A stretch of 42,015 bases of DNA from a virus. Its lineage: Duplodnaviria; Heunggongvirae; Uroviricota; Caudoviricetes. This document shows positions 17,419-27,238 of this stretch, in pieces. Made by a program: the position numbers and the translations under genes. The stretch lies in IMG/VR virus record IMGVR_UViG_2537562195_000009; one strand, given 5' to 3'. The stretch's first letter is position 1; each line of letters begins with the position of its first letter. Below the pieces are notes generated by a model that was not told where the DNA came from, searched no databases, and saw only the letters and a list, made by a program, of their open reading frames with translations.

Positions 17419-17745
17419 ATGCCTCATAACCCAAATACCTGGCTGGAGTTGGTCCAGAGCTGGTGGCGTGGAGACACACCGCTGGGCGCAGTGATTATGT
17501 CGATCGTTATGGCTGGCTTGCGCATTGCCTATTTTGGCGGTGGTGGTGGCTGGAAGCGAAAAACGCTCGAGATTTTGCTCTGCGGCGCTTTGACGCTGAC
17601 CTTTGCATCCGCTCTTGAGTATGTCGGATGGCCTAAATCGCTTTCTGTTGCCATTGGTGGCGGTGTTGGGCTGATCGGTGTCGATGCTATTCGTGGGGCT
17701 GCAATGCGAGTAATCGGTAACAAATTTGGTAGCACGAAGGAGTAA
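17419..17745 (+). CDS. holin
   Basis: 108 aa, first gene of lysis cassette; hydrophobic segments (AVIMSIVMAGLRIAYFGGGGGW, LCGALTLTFASALEYVGW); lambda S-like architecture. Confidence 0.7.
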   Translation: MPHNPNTWLELVQSWWRGDTPLGAVIMSIVMAGLRIAYFGGGGGWKRKTLEILLCGALTLTFASALEYVGWPKSLSVAIGGGVGLIGVDAIRGAAMRVIGNKFGSTKE

Positions 17746-17748
17746 TTT

Positions 17749-18225
17749 ATGCAGGCACTAAATTCCCAGCGTAAAGCTTTCCTCGATATGGTGGCATGGT
17801 CAGAAGGAACGGATAACGGGCGACAACCGACACGTAACCACGGTTATGACGTTATTGTCGGTGGTGAACTGTTTACTGATTACTCCGATCATCCTCGCAA
17901 ACTTGTCACGCTAAACCCGAAACTCAAATCAACAGCAGCCGGACGTTACCAGCTTCTTTCCCGTTGGTGGGATGCCTACCGCAAGCAGCTAGGGCTGAAA
18001 GACTTCTCTCCCAGAAGCCAGGACTCCGTGGCATTACAGCAGATTAAAGAGCGTGGCGCTTTAACGATGATTGATCGCGGTGATATCCGTCAGGCTATCG
18101 ACCGTTGCAGCAATATCTGGGCGTCGCTACCTGGTGCAGGTTACGGTCAGTATGAACATAAAATCGGTGACCTGATTTCCCGGTTTAAAGAGGCTGGTGG
18201 GGTGGTAAATGAAGTTGAGCTATAA
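17749..18225 (+). CDS. R: endolysin (lambda R-type lytic transglycosylase)
   Basis: 158 aa; near-identical to recalled lambda R over long stretches (NQRKAFLDM.AWSEGTDNGRQ.TRNHGYDVIVGGELFTDYSDHPRKLVTLNPKLKST). Confidence 0.9.
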   Translation: MQALNSQRKAFLDMVAWSEGTDNGRQPTRNHGYDVIVGGELFTDYSDHPRKLVTLNPKLKSTAAGRYQLLSRWWDAYRKQLGLKDFSPRSQDSVALQQIKERGALTMIDRGDIRQAIDRCSNIWASLPGAGYGQYEHKIGDLISRFKEAGGVVNEVEL

Positions 18226-18601
18226 GCTGGTTATCGCTGCATTCTTCTTTACCGTCATCGGTTCTTTCATCTGGTCTGCCAACCACTACTACAGCAAATA
18301 TCAGCACGAAAAGAAACGTGCTGATGAGGCTGTACGAAATGCTGAATCAGCAACAGCCATTACCAATAACGTCCTGCAATCACTACAAATCGTCAATACA
18401 GTTCTGGAGGCTAACCAGCATGCAAAACAGCAGATCGCACTGGAGTCACAGAGAACCCAGGAAGATATCAAAGTGGCTGTTGAGAATGATGATTGCGCTT
18501 CACGTGCTGTGCCTGCTGCCGCTGCTGACCGGTTGCGGAAGTACGCGGACAGTTTACGTGCAGGTTCCAACGATGCCGTTACCGGCGAACCTGCTCGCTG
18601 A
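18209..18601 (+). CDS. Rz: i-spanin (Rz-like)
   Basis: 130 aa; N-terminal TM helix (LVIAAFFFTVIGSFIW) then charged coiled-coil-like region; overlaps R stop. Confidence 0.65.
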   Translation: MKLSYKLVIAAFFFTVIGSFIWSANHYYSKYQHEKKRADEAVRNAESATAITNNVLQSLQIVNTVLEANQHAKQQIALESQRTQEDIKVAVENDDCASRAVPAAAADRLRKYADSLRAGSNDAVTGEPAR

Positions 18602-18761
18602 AACTCCACAGCCAGTTATCCCCAATCCTCTGACTTATGGAGGTAGCCTGGATTTAAATGTCAGTTTATTGTCGGCATTATGGCAGTGCAATTTGGATAA
18701 AGCGGGGATTAGAAAGATAGAGGCGAGCCGGTCAGGTAGAAGTGAATCAGGCTCAAAGTGA
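18486..18761 (+). CDS. Rz1: o-spanin lipoprotein (Rz1-like), overlapped arrangement
   Basis: Out-of-frame ORF inside and extending beyond Rz; lipobox LLTGC followed by proline-rich segment; start at MMIALHV. Confidence 0.55.
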   Translation: MMIALHVLCLLPLLTGCGSTRTVYVQVPTMPLPANLLAETPQPVIPNPLTYGGSLDLNVSLLSALWQCNLDKAGIRKIEASRSGRSESGSK

Positions 18762-18831
18762 AGCGGAAAAGCTCTTTGGCATAAGGTGACGTAATAATAA
18801 TTACAGTCAACTGACTTTTGGAACGAAACAT
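18709..18831 (-). CDS. candidate small ORF (40 aa) with strong Shine-Dalgarno
   Basis: AAGGAGGT 5 nt upstream of ATG; product MFRSKSQLTVIIITSPYAKELFRFTLSLIHFYLTGSPLSF; below the ORF-track length cutoff; overlaps Rz1 3' end on the opposite strand. Confidence 0.25.
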   Translation of the reverse strand: MFRSKSQLTVIIITSPYAKELFRFTLSLIHFYLTGSPLSF

Positions 18832-19053
18832 GTTTAACCTCCTTAATTGATGTTATTCGAGTGATGAAGGCATTCTGTCCTTCTGTAGTGTCCAGTAAAT
18901 CAAACAGGAAACTTGTCCAACGTGTTGGACAAGCCTCTCCATTAGTGAGTTGTATTGATCACAACTCTACAAAGAATTCATTACTGGGTAGATGAAAATA
19001 GTTTCACGATGAATGGAGGAGGCTATGTCGGTGGCTTCTTCATTGGAGTACAT

Positions 19054-19404
19054 ATGCCATCACGAATCCCAAAAGCCTGCCGTGTTCGTGGCTGCCGCCA
19101 TACCACCACAGACCCGTCAGGCTACTGCGAAAGCCACAAAAGCGAAGGCTGGAAGCAATACAAGCCAGGCCAGTCCCGTCATCAGCGCGGCTACGGTTCG
19201 AAATGGGATGCTATCCGTGAACGTGTACTGCAACGTGACAAAGGCCTGTGTCAGTTATGTCTGCGTGCCGGTGTGGTGCGTGAGGCGAAAACCGTTGACC
19301 ACATCATCCCTAAAGCACATGGCGGCACTGATGCCGACAGTAATCTGCAGAGTCTGTGCTGGCCGTGTCATAAGGCGAAGACGGCCCGTGAACGGTTAAA
19401 GTGA
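19054..19404 (+). CDS. HNH endonuclease (terminase-associated)
   Basis: CxxxGC...DHIIPKAHGG...N...LCWPCH motif; start at ATG 19054 with GGAG RBS; immediately upstream of TerS. Confidence 0.85.
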   Translation: MPSRIPKACRVRGCRHTTTDPSGYCESHKSEGWKQYKPGQSRHQRGYGSKWDAIRERVLQRDKGLCQLCLRAGVVREAKTVDHIIPKAHGGTDADSNLQSLCWPCHKAKTARERLK

Positions 19405-19520
19405 TAATAATTCTCAACTGTCTGTGGGGGAGGGGCGGGTCAAATCCCTGTGACCTGACGTCTTCCGGACTGCCCGCCCCATCGTTTTTTTATACCCGCG
19501 AAAAATGAAATTTAACCAGG
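19405..19520. other. candidate cos region between HNH and TerS
   Basis: GC-rich element GGGGAGGGGCGGGTCAAATCCCTGTGACCTGACG...CCCGCCCC; HK97-like cos phages place cos between the HNH gene and the small terminase gene. Confidence 0.35.
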
Positions 19521-19530
19521 AGTGCCGCAT

Positions 19531-20025
19531 ATGGCTGGAACGGCGGGGCGTTCCGGGCGTCGCCCCAAGCCAACGGCGCGCAAGGCGCTGGCCGGAAACC
19601 CCGGCAAGCGAGCCCTGAATAAAGATGAACCTGTTTTTACGCCCATCAAAGGTGTTGAGCCACCGGAGTGGTTCGCTGAAGAAGATCTCCCTCTTGCTAC
19701 GATCATGTGGCAACTGACAACTAAAGAACTCTGCGGTCAGGGCCTGCTGTGCGTGACTGACCTCGCGGTGCTTGAGCGGTGGTGCGTGGCCTACGAGTTC
19801 TGGCGACGTGCCGTGAAAAATATTGCCAGACAGGGCAACACCATCACCGGTGCAATGGGCGGTATGGTCAAAAATCCGGAGCTGACCGCCAAAAAAGAAC
19901 AGGAGTCCGAGATGAGCAGTACGGGGGCAATGCTCGGACTCGACCCCAGCAGCCGCCAGCGTCTGATTGGCCTGGCGGGGAAGAAGAAAGCCACTAACCC
20001 GTTTCTGAAAATCATCGAATCATGA
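19531..20025 (+). CDS. terminase small subunit (P27-family-like)
   Basis: 164 aa from ATG 19531 (AGGAG 9 nt upstream); precedes TerL with ATGA overlap. Confidence 0.7.
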   Translation: MAGTAGRSGRRPKPTARKALAGNPGKRALNKDEPVFTPIKGVEPPEWFAEEDLPLATIMWQLTTKELCGQGLLCVTDLAVLERWCVAYEFWRRAVKNIARQGNTITGAMGGMVKNPELTAKKEQESEMSSTGAMLGLDPSSRQRLIGLAGKKKATNPFLKIIES

Positions 20026-21755
20026 GCCGGAAATCTTACCCCAACGTAAATGCTGCCAATCAGTATGCCCGGGATGTCGTGCGCGGAAAGATTGTGGCCT
20101 GCCAGTTTGTGATTCAGGCCTGCCAGCGCCATCTTGATGACCTGATGGCGGAAAAAAGTAAGTCGTTTCGTTACCGCTTCGACAAGGACCTGGCTGAACG
20201 GGCCGCCAAATTTATTCAGCTGTTGCCGCACACCAAGGGTGAGTGGGCATTTAAGAGGATGCCCATCACGCTGGAGCCGTGGCAGCTCTTTGTGATCTGC
20301 TGCGCGTTTGGCTGGGTCAATAAAGGCTCCCGGCTGCGTCGCTTCCGTGAGGTGTATACCGAAATCCCCCGTAAGAACGGCAAATCGGCAATCTCTGCCG
20401 GTGTCGCCCTGTATTGTTTTGCCTGTGATAACGAGTTCGGCGCGGAAGTGTATTCCGGTGCCACGACGGAGAAACAGGCATGGGAAGTCTTTCGTCCGGC
20501 AAGACTGATGTGTAAACGCACACCCATGCTGACGGAAGCGTTCGGGATTGAGGTTAACGCCTCAAACATGAACCGTCCGGAGGATGGTGCGCGTTTTGAA
20601 CCGCTGATCGGTAACCCCGGTGATGGTTCATCACCCCACTGTGCGGTGGTGGATGAATATCACGAGCACGCCACAGATGCGCTTTACACCACGATGCTTA
20701 CCGGGATGGGGGCGCGACGTCAGCCACTGATGTGGGCTATCACTACCGCCGGGTACAACATTGAGGGGCCGTGCTACGACAAACGGCGGGAAGTCATCGA
20801 GATGCTCAACGGCTCGGTGCCTAACGATGAACTGTTCGGGATCATCTATACCGTTGATGAAGGTGACGACTGGACCGACCCGCAGGTGCTGGAAAAAGCC
20901 AATCCAAATATTGGCGTGTCGGTTTATCGCGAATTTTTGTTAAGTCAGCAGCAGCGTGCGAAAAATAACGCCCGTCTGGCAAACGTCTTTAAAACAAAAC
21001 ACCTCAATATCTGGGTGTCGGCGCGTTCGGCGTATTTCAACCTGGTGAGCTGGCAGAGCTGCGAGGATAAATCACTGACCCTTGAGCAGTTCGAGGGGCA
21101 GCCGTGCATTCTGGCCTTTGACCTGGCGCGTAAGCTGGATATGAACAGCATGGCGCGACTTTATACCCGCGAGATTGACGGTAAAACGCATTACTACAGT
21201 GTGGCCCCGCGTTTCTGGGTACCGTATGACACGGTGTACAGCGTCGAGAAAAATGAAGATCGACGGACAGCCGAACGCTTTCAGAAATGGGTGGAAATGG
21301 GCGTTCTGACCGTTACCGATGGTGCGGAGGTGGATTATCGCTACATCCTCGAGGAGGCCAAAGCGGCGAACAAAATCAGCCCGGTCAGTGAGTCACCCAT
21401 CGACCCCTTCGGGGCGACCGGGTTGTCACATGACCTTGCTGATGAAGACCTGAACCCCATCACTATCATTCAGAACTACACCAACATGTCCGACCCGATG
21501 AAAGAGCTGGAAGCGGCAATTGAATCGGGGCGCTTTCATCATGATGGCAATCCCATCATGACCTGGTGTATAGGCAACGTGGTCGGCAAAACCATTCCGG
21601 GTAACGATGATGTGGTGAAGCCCGTCAAAGAGCAGGCGGAAAACAAAATCGATGGTGCAGTTGCGCTGATTATGGCGGTTGGCAGAGCCATGCTGTACGA
21701 GAAAGAAGACACGCTGTCTGACCACATTGAGTCCTATGGGATCCGCTCGCTTTAA
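20022..21755 (+). CDS. terminase large subunit
   Basis: 577 aa; position after TerS; ATPase and nuclease-length architecture typical of TerL. Confidence 0.9.
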
Positions 21756-21766
21756 CTGAGGTAATT

Positions 21767-21949
21767 ATGATCATGCTGATTCTCGCGCCTCTGGTGGGCG
21801 TGCTGGGGGCGCTTTTGCTGGCGTATGGTGCCTGGCTGATTTATCCCCCGGCGGGGTTTGTTGTTGCCGGGGCGTTGTGCCTGTTCTGGTCGTGGCTGGT
21901 GGCGCGATATCTCGACCGTACACAGTCGTCTGTCGGCGGAGGTAAATAG
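21767..21949 (+). CDS. small two-TM membrane protein between TerL and portal
   Basis: 60 aa; two hydrophobic helices ([26 protein letters not shown]; [16 protein letters not shown]); GAGG upstream. Confidence 0.45.
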
Positions 21950-23190
21950 TGTTCTTTTCGGGATTATTTCAACGAAAAAGTGACGCACCGGTGACCACGC
22001 CAGCAGAGCTGGCGGATGCTATCGGGTTGTCCTACGACACCTATACCGGAAAGCAGATCAGCAGCCAGCGGGCCATGCGACTGACGGCGGTTTTTTCCTG
22101 TGTCAGGGTGCTGGCGGAGTCGGTCGGGATGTTGCCCTGCAACCTGTATCACCTGAACGGCAGCCTGAAGCAGAGAGCCACCGGCGAACGTCTGCATAAG
22201 CTGATCTCCACGCATCCCAATGGCTATATGACGCCGCAGGAGTTCTGGGAGCTGGTGGTCACCTGTCTGTGCCTGCGGGGAAACTTTTACGCCTACAAAG
22301 TGAAAGCATTTGGCGAAGTGGCTGAACTGCTGCCCGTCGATCCCGGCTGTGTGGTACCGAAGCTTAACAGTAGCTGGGAGCCGGTCTATCAGGTCACATT
22401 CCCGGATGGCTCCACGGATGTACTGAGCCAGGAGGATATCTGGCATGTGCGCACGCTGACGCTGGACGGACTGGTGGGGCTGAATCCCATCGCCTATGCC
22501 CGCGAGGCAATATCGCTGGCGGCAGCGACCGAAGAGCACGGGGCCAGACTGTTCAGCAATGGCGCGGTGACGTCGGGTGTGTTGCGTACAGAGCAGACGC
22601 TGTCAGATCAGGCTTATGAGCGCCTGAAGAAAGATTTTGAGGAGCGTCATACCGGGCTTGGTAATGCTCACCGCCCGATGATCCTTGAGATGGGGCTGGA
22701 CTGGAAGTCGATGGCGCTGAACGCCGAGGACAGCCAGTTCCTGGAAACCCGCAAGTTTCAGCTTGAAGAAATCTGTCGTCTGTTCCGGGTGCCGTTGCAC
22801 ATGGTGCAGAACACCGATCGCGCCACCTTCAACAATATCGAAGAGCTGGGGCTGGGATTTATCAACTATTCACTGGTGCCGTATCTGACCCGCATTGAGC
22901 AGCGGATCAACACCGGACTGGTACGAAAAAGTAAGCAGGGCATTTATTACGCCAAATTTAACGCCGGGGCGTTACTGCGCGGGGATATGAAGTCCCGTTT
23001 TGAAGCCTACGCCACCGGGATCAACTGGGGAATTTACTCTCCCAATGACTGCCGCGACCTGGAAGATATGAATCCGCGTCCCGGTGGTGATGTCTATCTC
23101 ACACCGATGAACATGACCACGAAACCCTCCGATGGCAGTAAAGCCGGTAAGCAGAAGGATAACGCCAATGCAGACGAAACAACGTCTTGA
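21949..23190 (+). CDS. portal protein (HK97 family)
   Basis: 413 aa, GTG start with GGAGG RBS, after TerL and before prohead protease. Confidence 0.85.
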   Translation: MFFSGLFQRKSDAPVTTPAELADAIGLSYDTYTGKQISSQRAMRLTAVFSCVRVLAESVGMLPCNLYHLNGSLKQRATGERLHKLISTHPNGYMTPQEFWELVVTCLCLRGNFYAYKVKAFGEVAELLPVDPGCVVPKLNSSWEPVYQVTFPDGSTDVLSQEDIWHVRTLTLDGLVGLNPIAYAREAISLAAATEEHGARLFSNGAVTSGVLRTEQTLSDQAYERLKKDFEERHTGLGNAHRPMILEMGLDWKSMALNAEDSQFLETRKFQLEEICRLFRVPLHMVQNTDRATFNNIEELGLGFINYSLVPYLTRIEQRINTGLVRKSKQGIYYAKFNAGALLRGDMKSRFEAYATGINWGIYSPNDCRDLEDMNPRPGGDVYLTPMNMTTKPSDGSKAGKQKDNANADETTS

Positions 23191-23818
23191 TGTACCGCTG
23201 AGTCTGAAATCTGTCAGTGACTCCGGTGAGTTTGAAGGGTATGGCTCCGTCTTTGGTGTAAAGGACAGCCACGATGATGTGGTGATGTCCGGGGCATTTG
23301 CTGCTTCCCTGCGGGCGTGGAGTGACAGAAAAGCGTTACCTGCGCAGCTCTGGCAGCACCGCATGGATGAACCCATCGGTGTTTACACCGAAATGAAGGA
23401 AGACGATGTCGGGCTTTACGTCAGGGGACGGTTGCTTATTGATGATGATCCCCTCGCAAAACGCGCACATGCACACATGAAGGCCGGTTCGTTAACCGGT
23501 CTTTCTATTGGGTACGTCCTGAAAGACTGGGAATACGACCGGAGCAAAGAAGCCTTTCTGCTGAAAGAAATCGACCTCTGGGAAGTCAGTCTGGTGACGT
23601 TCCCGTCTAACGACGAGGCGCGGATCAGCGACGTCAAGAACGCACTGGCCCGCGGGGAAATCCCCGAAGAGAAAAAAATCGAAAGAGTCCTGCGTGATGT
23701 CGGACTCTCCCGTACCCAGGCCAAAGCATTCATGGCCGGGGGCTATGGCGCACTGTCCCTGCGCGACGCTGAGGATGTGGGCTCTGCACTGAATGTACTG
23801 AAAAATCTGAACTTCTAA
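23168..23818 (+). CDS. prohead maturation protease (HK97-type)
   Basis: Start at internal ATG (AAGGA RBS); VFGVKDSHDDVVMSGAF motif typical of S78/U35 prohead proteases. Confidence 0.8.
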   Translation: MQTKQRLDVPLSLKSVSDSGEFEGYGSVFGVKDSHDDVVMSGAFAASLRAWSDRKALPAQLWQHRMDEPIGVYTEMKEDDVGLYVRGRLLIDDDPLAKRAHAHMKAGSLTGLSIGYVLKDWEYDRSKEAFLLKEIDLWEVSLVTFPSNDEARISDVKNALARGEIPEEKKIERVLRDVGLSRTQAKAFMAGGYGALSLRDAEDVGSALNVLKNLNF

Positions 23819-23832
23819 TCAGGAGAAATACG

Positions 23833-25038
23833 ATGGCGGTTGATATTAAAGATGTCGAACAGGTCGCGCAGGAGCTGCAGCAGAAGTTTGACGACTTCAA
23901 AGCAAAGAACGACAAGCGCGTGGATGCGATTGAGCAGGAAAAAGGCAAACTTGCCGGGCAGGTGGAAACCCTGAACGGGAAACTCAGCGAGCTGGAAAAC
24001 CTCAAAAGCGATCTTGAAAAAGAGCTGCTTGAGCTGAAACGTCCGGCAGGTGGAGCGCAAAATAAACTGGCCACCGAGCATAAAGAGGCGTTTGTGGGCT
24101 TCCTGCGTAAAGGCCGTGAAGACGGTCTGCGCGATCTGGAGCGTAAGGCATTGCAGGTGGGCACCAATGAAGACGGTGGCTACGCCGTGCCGGAAGAACT
24201 GGATCGCAACATTCTTAACCTGCTGAAAGATGAAGTGGTGATGCGTCAGGAAGCCACGGTGATCACCGTTGGCGGTTCCGACTACAAAAAACTGGTGAAT
24301 CTGGGCGGTACGGCTTCCGGATGGGTGGGGGAAACGGATACGCGATCCCAGACTGCCACCTCCAGACTGGAGCTGATTGAACCTCTCATGGGGGAAATCT
24401 ACGGCAACCCGCAGGCTACCCAGAAAATGCTGGACGATGCCTTCTTCAACGTGGAGGCCTGGATCAACAGCGAGCTGGCAACCGAATTTGCCGAACAGGA
24501 AGAAATTGCCTTTACCTCAGGCGATGGTACCAAGAAGCCGAAAGGGTTCCTGGCGTATGAATCCACCGATGAAACCGATAAGGTCCGGGCGTTCGGCAAA
24601 CTTCAGCATATTGTATCCGGCGAAGCGACGGGGGTGACCGCAGACGCCATTATCAAACTGATTTACACGCTGCGAAAGGCACACCGCACCGGCGCGAAGT
24701 TCATGATGAACAACAACAGCCTGTTTGCCATCCGTTTGCTGAAAGACACCGAGGGTAACTATCTGTGGCGTCCGGGGCTGGAACTGGGGCAGCCGTCCTC
24801 TCTGGCGGGTTACGGTATCGCTGAAAACGAACAGATGCCGGATATCGCCGCTGATGCGAAAGCCATTGCATTTGGTAACTTCAAACGGGGTTACACCATC
24901 GTTGACCGTATCGGCACCCGCATTCTGCGCGACCCGTACACCAATAAACCGTTTGTCGGTTTTTATACCACCAAGCGCACCGGCGGGATGCTGGTCGATT
25001 CGCAGGCCATCAAACTGCTGAAGATTGCAGCGGCGTAA
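23833..25038 (+). CDS. major capsid protein (HK97 fold) with N-terminal coiled-coil delta domain
   Basis: 401 aa; AGGAGA RBS; N-terminal coiled coil (…KLSELENLKSDLEKELLELK…) then capsid-like body. Confidence 0.85.
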   Translation: MAVDIKDVEQVAQELQQKFDDFKAKNDKRVDAIEQEKGKLAGQVETLNGKLSELENLKSDLEKELLELKRPAGGAQNKLATEHKEAFVGFLRKGREDGLRDLERKALQVGTNEDGGYAVPEELDRNILNLLKDEVVMRQEATVITVGGSDYKKLVNLGGTASGWVGETDTRSQTATSRLELIEPLMGEIYGNPQATQKMLDDAFFNVEAWINSELATEFAEQEEIAFTSGDGTKKPKGFLAYESTDETDKVRAFGKLQHIVSGEATGVTADAIIKLIYTLRKAHRTGAKFMMNNNSLFAIRLLKDTEGNYLWRPGLELGQPSSLAGYGIAENEQMPDIAADAKAIAFGNFKRGYTIVDRIGTRILRDPYTNKPFVGFYTTKRTGGMLVDSQAIKLLKIAAA

Positions 25039-25045
25039 TCACTCA

Positions 25046-25066
25046 GGGGCGCGGAACCGCGCACCC
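25046..25066 (+). terminator. GC-rich stem-loop after the major capsid gene
   Basis: GGGGCGCGG-aa-CCGCGCaCCC hairpin just past the capsid stop; weak U-tract, possible attenuator or mRNA stabiliser. Confidence 0.35.
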
Positions 25067-25087
25067 TGTTCTGACGGGTGAAGAATC

Positions 25088-25288
25088 ATGATCCTGAAAC
25101 AAGATCTGAAATGGTCACCGGACGGTATGCGTGTTGAGGTCATTCGGGCCGGTGAGTATGACGACGGAGCGCTTCCTGCCCGGGTGCAGGAGATTGCACT
25201 TCAGGCCGGGTTAGCAGAGCGCGGAATCAGTGCAAAAAGCAGTAAAGCGGCAAAAGAGAAAAAAGCCACGACCAGTAAAGAGGGCTGA
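25088..25288 (+). CDS. hypothetical small head-module protein (66 aa)
   Basis: ORF between capsid and connector genes; weak RBS. Confidence 0.4.
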   Translation: MILKQDLKWSPDGMRVEVIRAGEYDDGALPARVQEIALQAGLAERGISAKSSKAAKEKKATTSKEG

Positions 25289-25290
25289 GT

Positions 25291-25614
25291 ATGCTTCTGA
25301 CAATGGAAGAGATTAAAGCCCAACTCCGGCTGGATGAGGATTTCGATACTGATGACCGCCATCTGCAACTGCTGGCATGTGCGGCACAAAAGCGGACGGA
25401 AACGTATCTGAACCGGAAGCTCTATGCACCGGATGAAACCATTCCGGACAGCGATCCGGACGGGCTGCACCTGCCGGATGATATTCGTCTGGGGATGCTG
25501 ATGCTTATCAGCCATTTTTACGAAAACCGCTCGTCGGTTACGGAAGTGGAGAAACTCGACATGCCGCAGAGTTTTGGCTGGCTTGTCGGCCCGTACAGGT
25601 ACTTTCCGCAATGA
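25291..25614 (+). CDS. head-tail connector (gp6-like)
   Basis: 107 aa; AAGAGGG RBS; position and size typical. Confidence 0.65.
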   Translation: MLLTMEEIKAQLRLDEDFDTDDRHLQLLACAAQKRTETYLNRKLYAPDETIPDSDPDGLHLPDDIRLGMLMLISHFYENRSSVTEVEKLDMPQSFGWLVGPYRYFPQ

Positions 25615-26021
25615 AAATTCGTCAGGCGCAGACCAGCGCAACCTACATTCTGCCGGACCCCGGTGAACTGAATAAACGCGTCCTGATCCGCCTGCGGGTG
25701 GATATGCCCGCGGATAACTTTGGCGTGGAGCCTCAATACCCGGTTACGTTCCGGACATGGGCGAAGGTTATCCAGACCAGTGCCACCACCTGGCAGGAAA
25801 CCGCGCAGACCGGGGACGCCATCACCCATTACATCACCATTCGTTACCGCCGGGGGATCACCGCTGATTATGAGGTGGTCTGCGGTGACAGTGTGTACCG
25901 GGTGAAACGTCAGCGCGATCTGAACGGGGCGCGGCGCTTTCTGCTGCTGGAGTGTACGGAGCTGGGCGAATGTAGGCAGAGTCACGGAGGCAACAATGAC
26001 GACTTCCTTTTTGCACGTTGA
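25611..26021 (+). CDS. head closure / head-tail adaptor protein
   Basis: 136 aa, ATGA overlap with upstream gene. Confidence 0.55.
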   Translation: MKIRQAQTSATYILPDPGELNKRVLIRLRVDMPADNFGVEPQYPVTFRTWAKVIQTSATTWQETAQTGDAITHYITIRYRRGITADYEVVCGDSVYRVKRQRDLNGARRFLLLECTELGECRQSHGGNNDDFLFAR

Positions 26022-26502
26022 TTTTCAGCAGCCCGCGGAGATGCGCTTTAACCGCGCCCGTGTCCGGCGGGCGTTTGTCACGATTGGTCAGCGTCATATG
26101 CGTGATGCCCGTCGGCTGGTGATGCGCCGTGCGCGGTCGGCACCGGGTGAAAACCCCGGTTATCAGACCGGACGCCTGGCTCGTTCGATTGGTTACATGG
26201 TACCCAGAGCCAGTAAACATCGCCCTGGTTTTATGGCACGTATAGCCCCTAACCAGCGTAATGGAGAGGGAAACCGCCGTATCACCGGTGATTTTTATCC
26301 GGCTTTTTTGTTCTATGGCGTGAGGCGAGGGGCAAAGCGTCGTCGCAGCCATCATCGTGGTGCATCCGGTGGCAGCGGCTGGCGACTGGCTCCACGTAAT
26401 AACTTCATGGTGGAAACGCTTGAAAAGAACCGCAGTTGGACACGCTATTTTCTGGCGCGGGAATTGCGTAAATCACTGAAGCCGGAGCGACGACACAGAT
26501 GA
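25996..26502 (+). CDS. HK97 gp10-like virion protein
   Basis: 168 aa, GGAGG RBS, basic C-terminus. Confidence 0.55.
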   Translation: MTTSFLHVDFQQPAEMRFNRARVRRAFVTIGQRHMRDARRLVMRRARSAPGENPGYQTGRLARSIGYMVPRASKHRPGFMARIAPNQRNGEGNRRITGDFYPAFLFYGVRRGAKRRRSHHRGASGGSGWRLAPRNNFMVETLEKNRSWTRYFLARELRKSLKPERRHR

Positions 26503-27059
26503 AACTGACGCCTGTTATTGCTGCGCTGCGTGCCCGCTGCCCGTATTTTGAAAACCGGGTGGCAGGCGCGGCACAGTTCAAAAATCTGCCGGAGGTCGGA
26601 AAGCTGAGACTCCCGGCGGCGTATGTGGTACCGGGGGATGATTCTCCGGGAGAAAACAAAAGCCAGACCGACTACTGGCAGGAGCTGAAAGAGGGCTTCT
26701 CCGTGGTTGTCATACTGAGTAACGGGCGTGATGAGCGCGGTCAGTTTGCCTCGTATGATGTGGTGGACGATGTCCGGCAGATGCTCTTTAAGGCCCTGCT
26801 GGGCTGGAACCCGGAAGCGTGCGGTAACCCGATTACCTATGACGGCGGCACGCTGCTGGATCTGAATCGTCATGAGCTGATTTATCAGTTCGATTTTTCG
26901 GTCATCAGCGAGCTGACTGAAGACGATACCCGCCAGCAGGATGATCTGAACAGTCTGGATGAACTGCAAACGCTGGCGATTGATGTTGATTATCTCGAGC
27001 CCGGTAACGGGCCTGACGGCGATATCGAACATCACACCGAAATAACCCTTCCTTCCTGA
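26499..27059 (+). CDS. tail completion/terminator-like protein (Mu-like tail module)
   Basis: 186 aa, ATGA overlap, immediately upstream of sheath module. Confidence 0.5.
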   Translation: MKLTPVIAALRARCPYFENRVAGAAQFKNLPEVGKLRLPAAYVVPGDDSPGENKSQTDYWQELKEGFSVVVILSNGRDERGQFASYDVVDDVRQMLFKALLGWNPEACGNPITYDGGTLLDLNRHELIYQFDFSVISELTEDDTRQQDDLNSLDELQTLAIDVDYLEPGNGPDGDIEHHTEITLPS

Positions 27060-27067
27060 GGATCCTC

Positions 27068-27238
27068 ATGTTTGTCAAACCTGTTAAAGGGCGGTCAGTT
27101 CCTGACCCTGCCCGCGGCGACCTTTTGCCCGCCGAAGGGCGAAATGTTGACGAGAACAACTACTGGCTGCGCCGTGAAGCAGCGGGTGATATCCGGCGCG
27201 TGAATAAAAAGGTGAACACCGATGACGATAAGCTTTAA
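27068..27238 (+). CDS. small conserved tail-module protein (56 aa) preceding the sheath
   Basis: ORF MFVKPVKGRSVPDPARGDLLPAEGRNVDENNYWLRREAAGDIRRVNKKVNTDDDKL overlapping the sheath start; below track cutoff. Confidence 0.4.
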   Translation: MFVKPVKGRSVPDPARGDLLPAEGRNVDENNYWLRREAAGDIRRVNKKVNTDDDKL

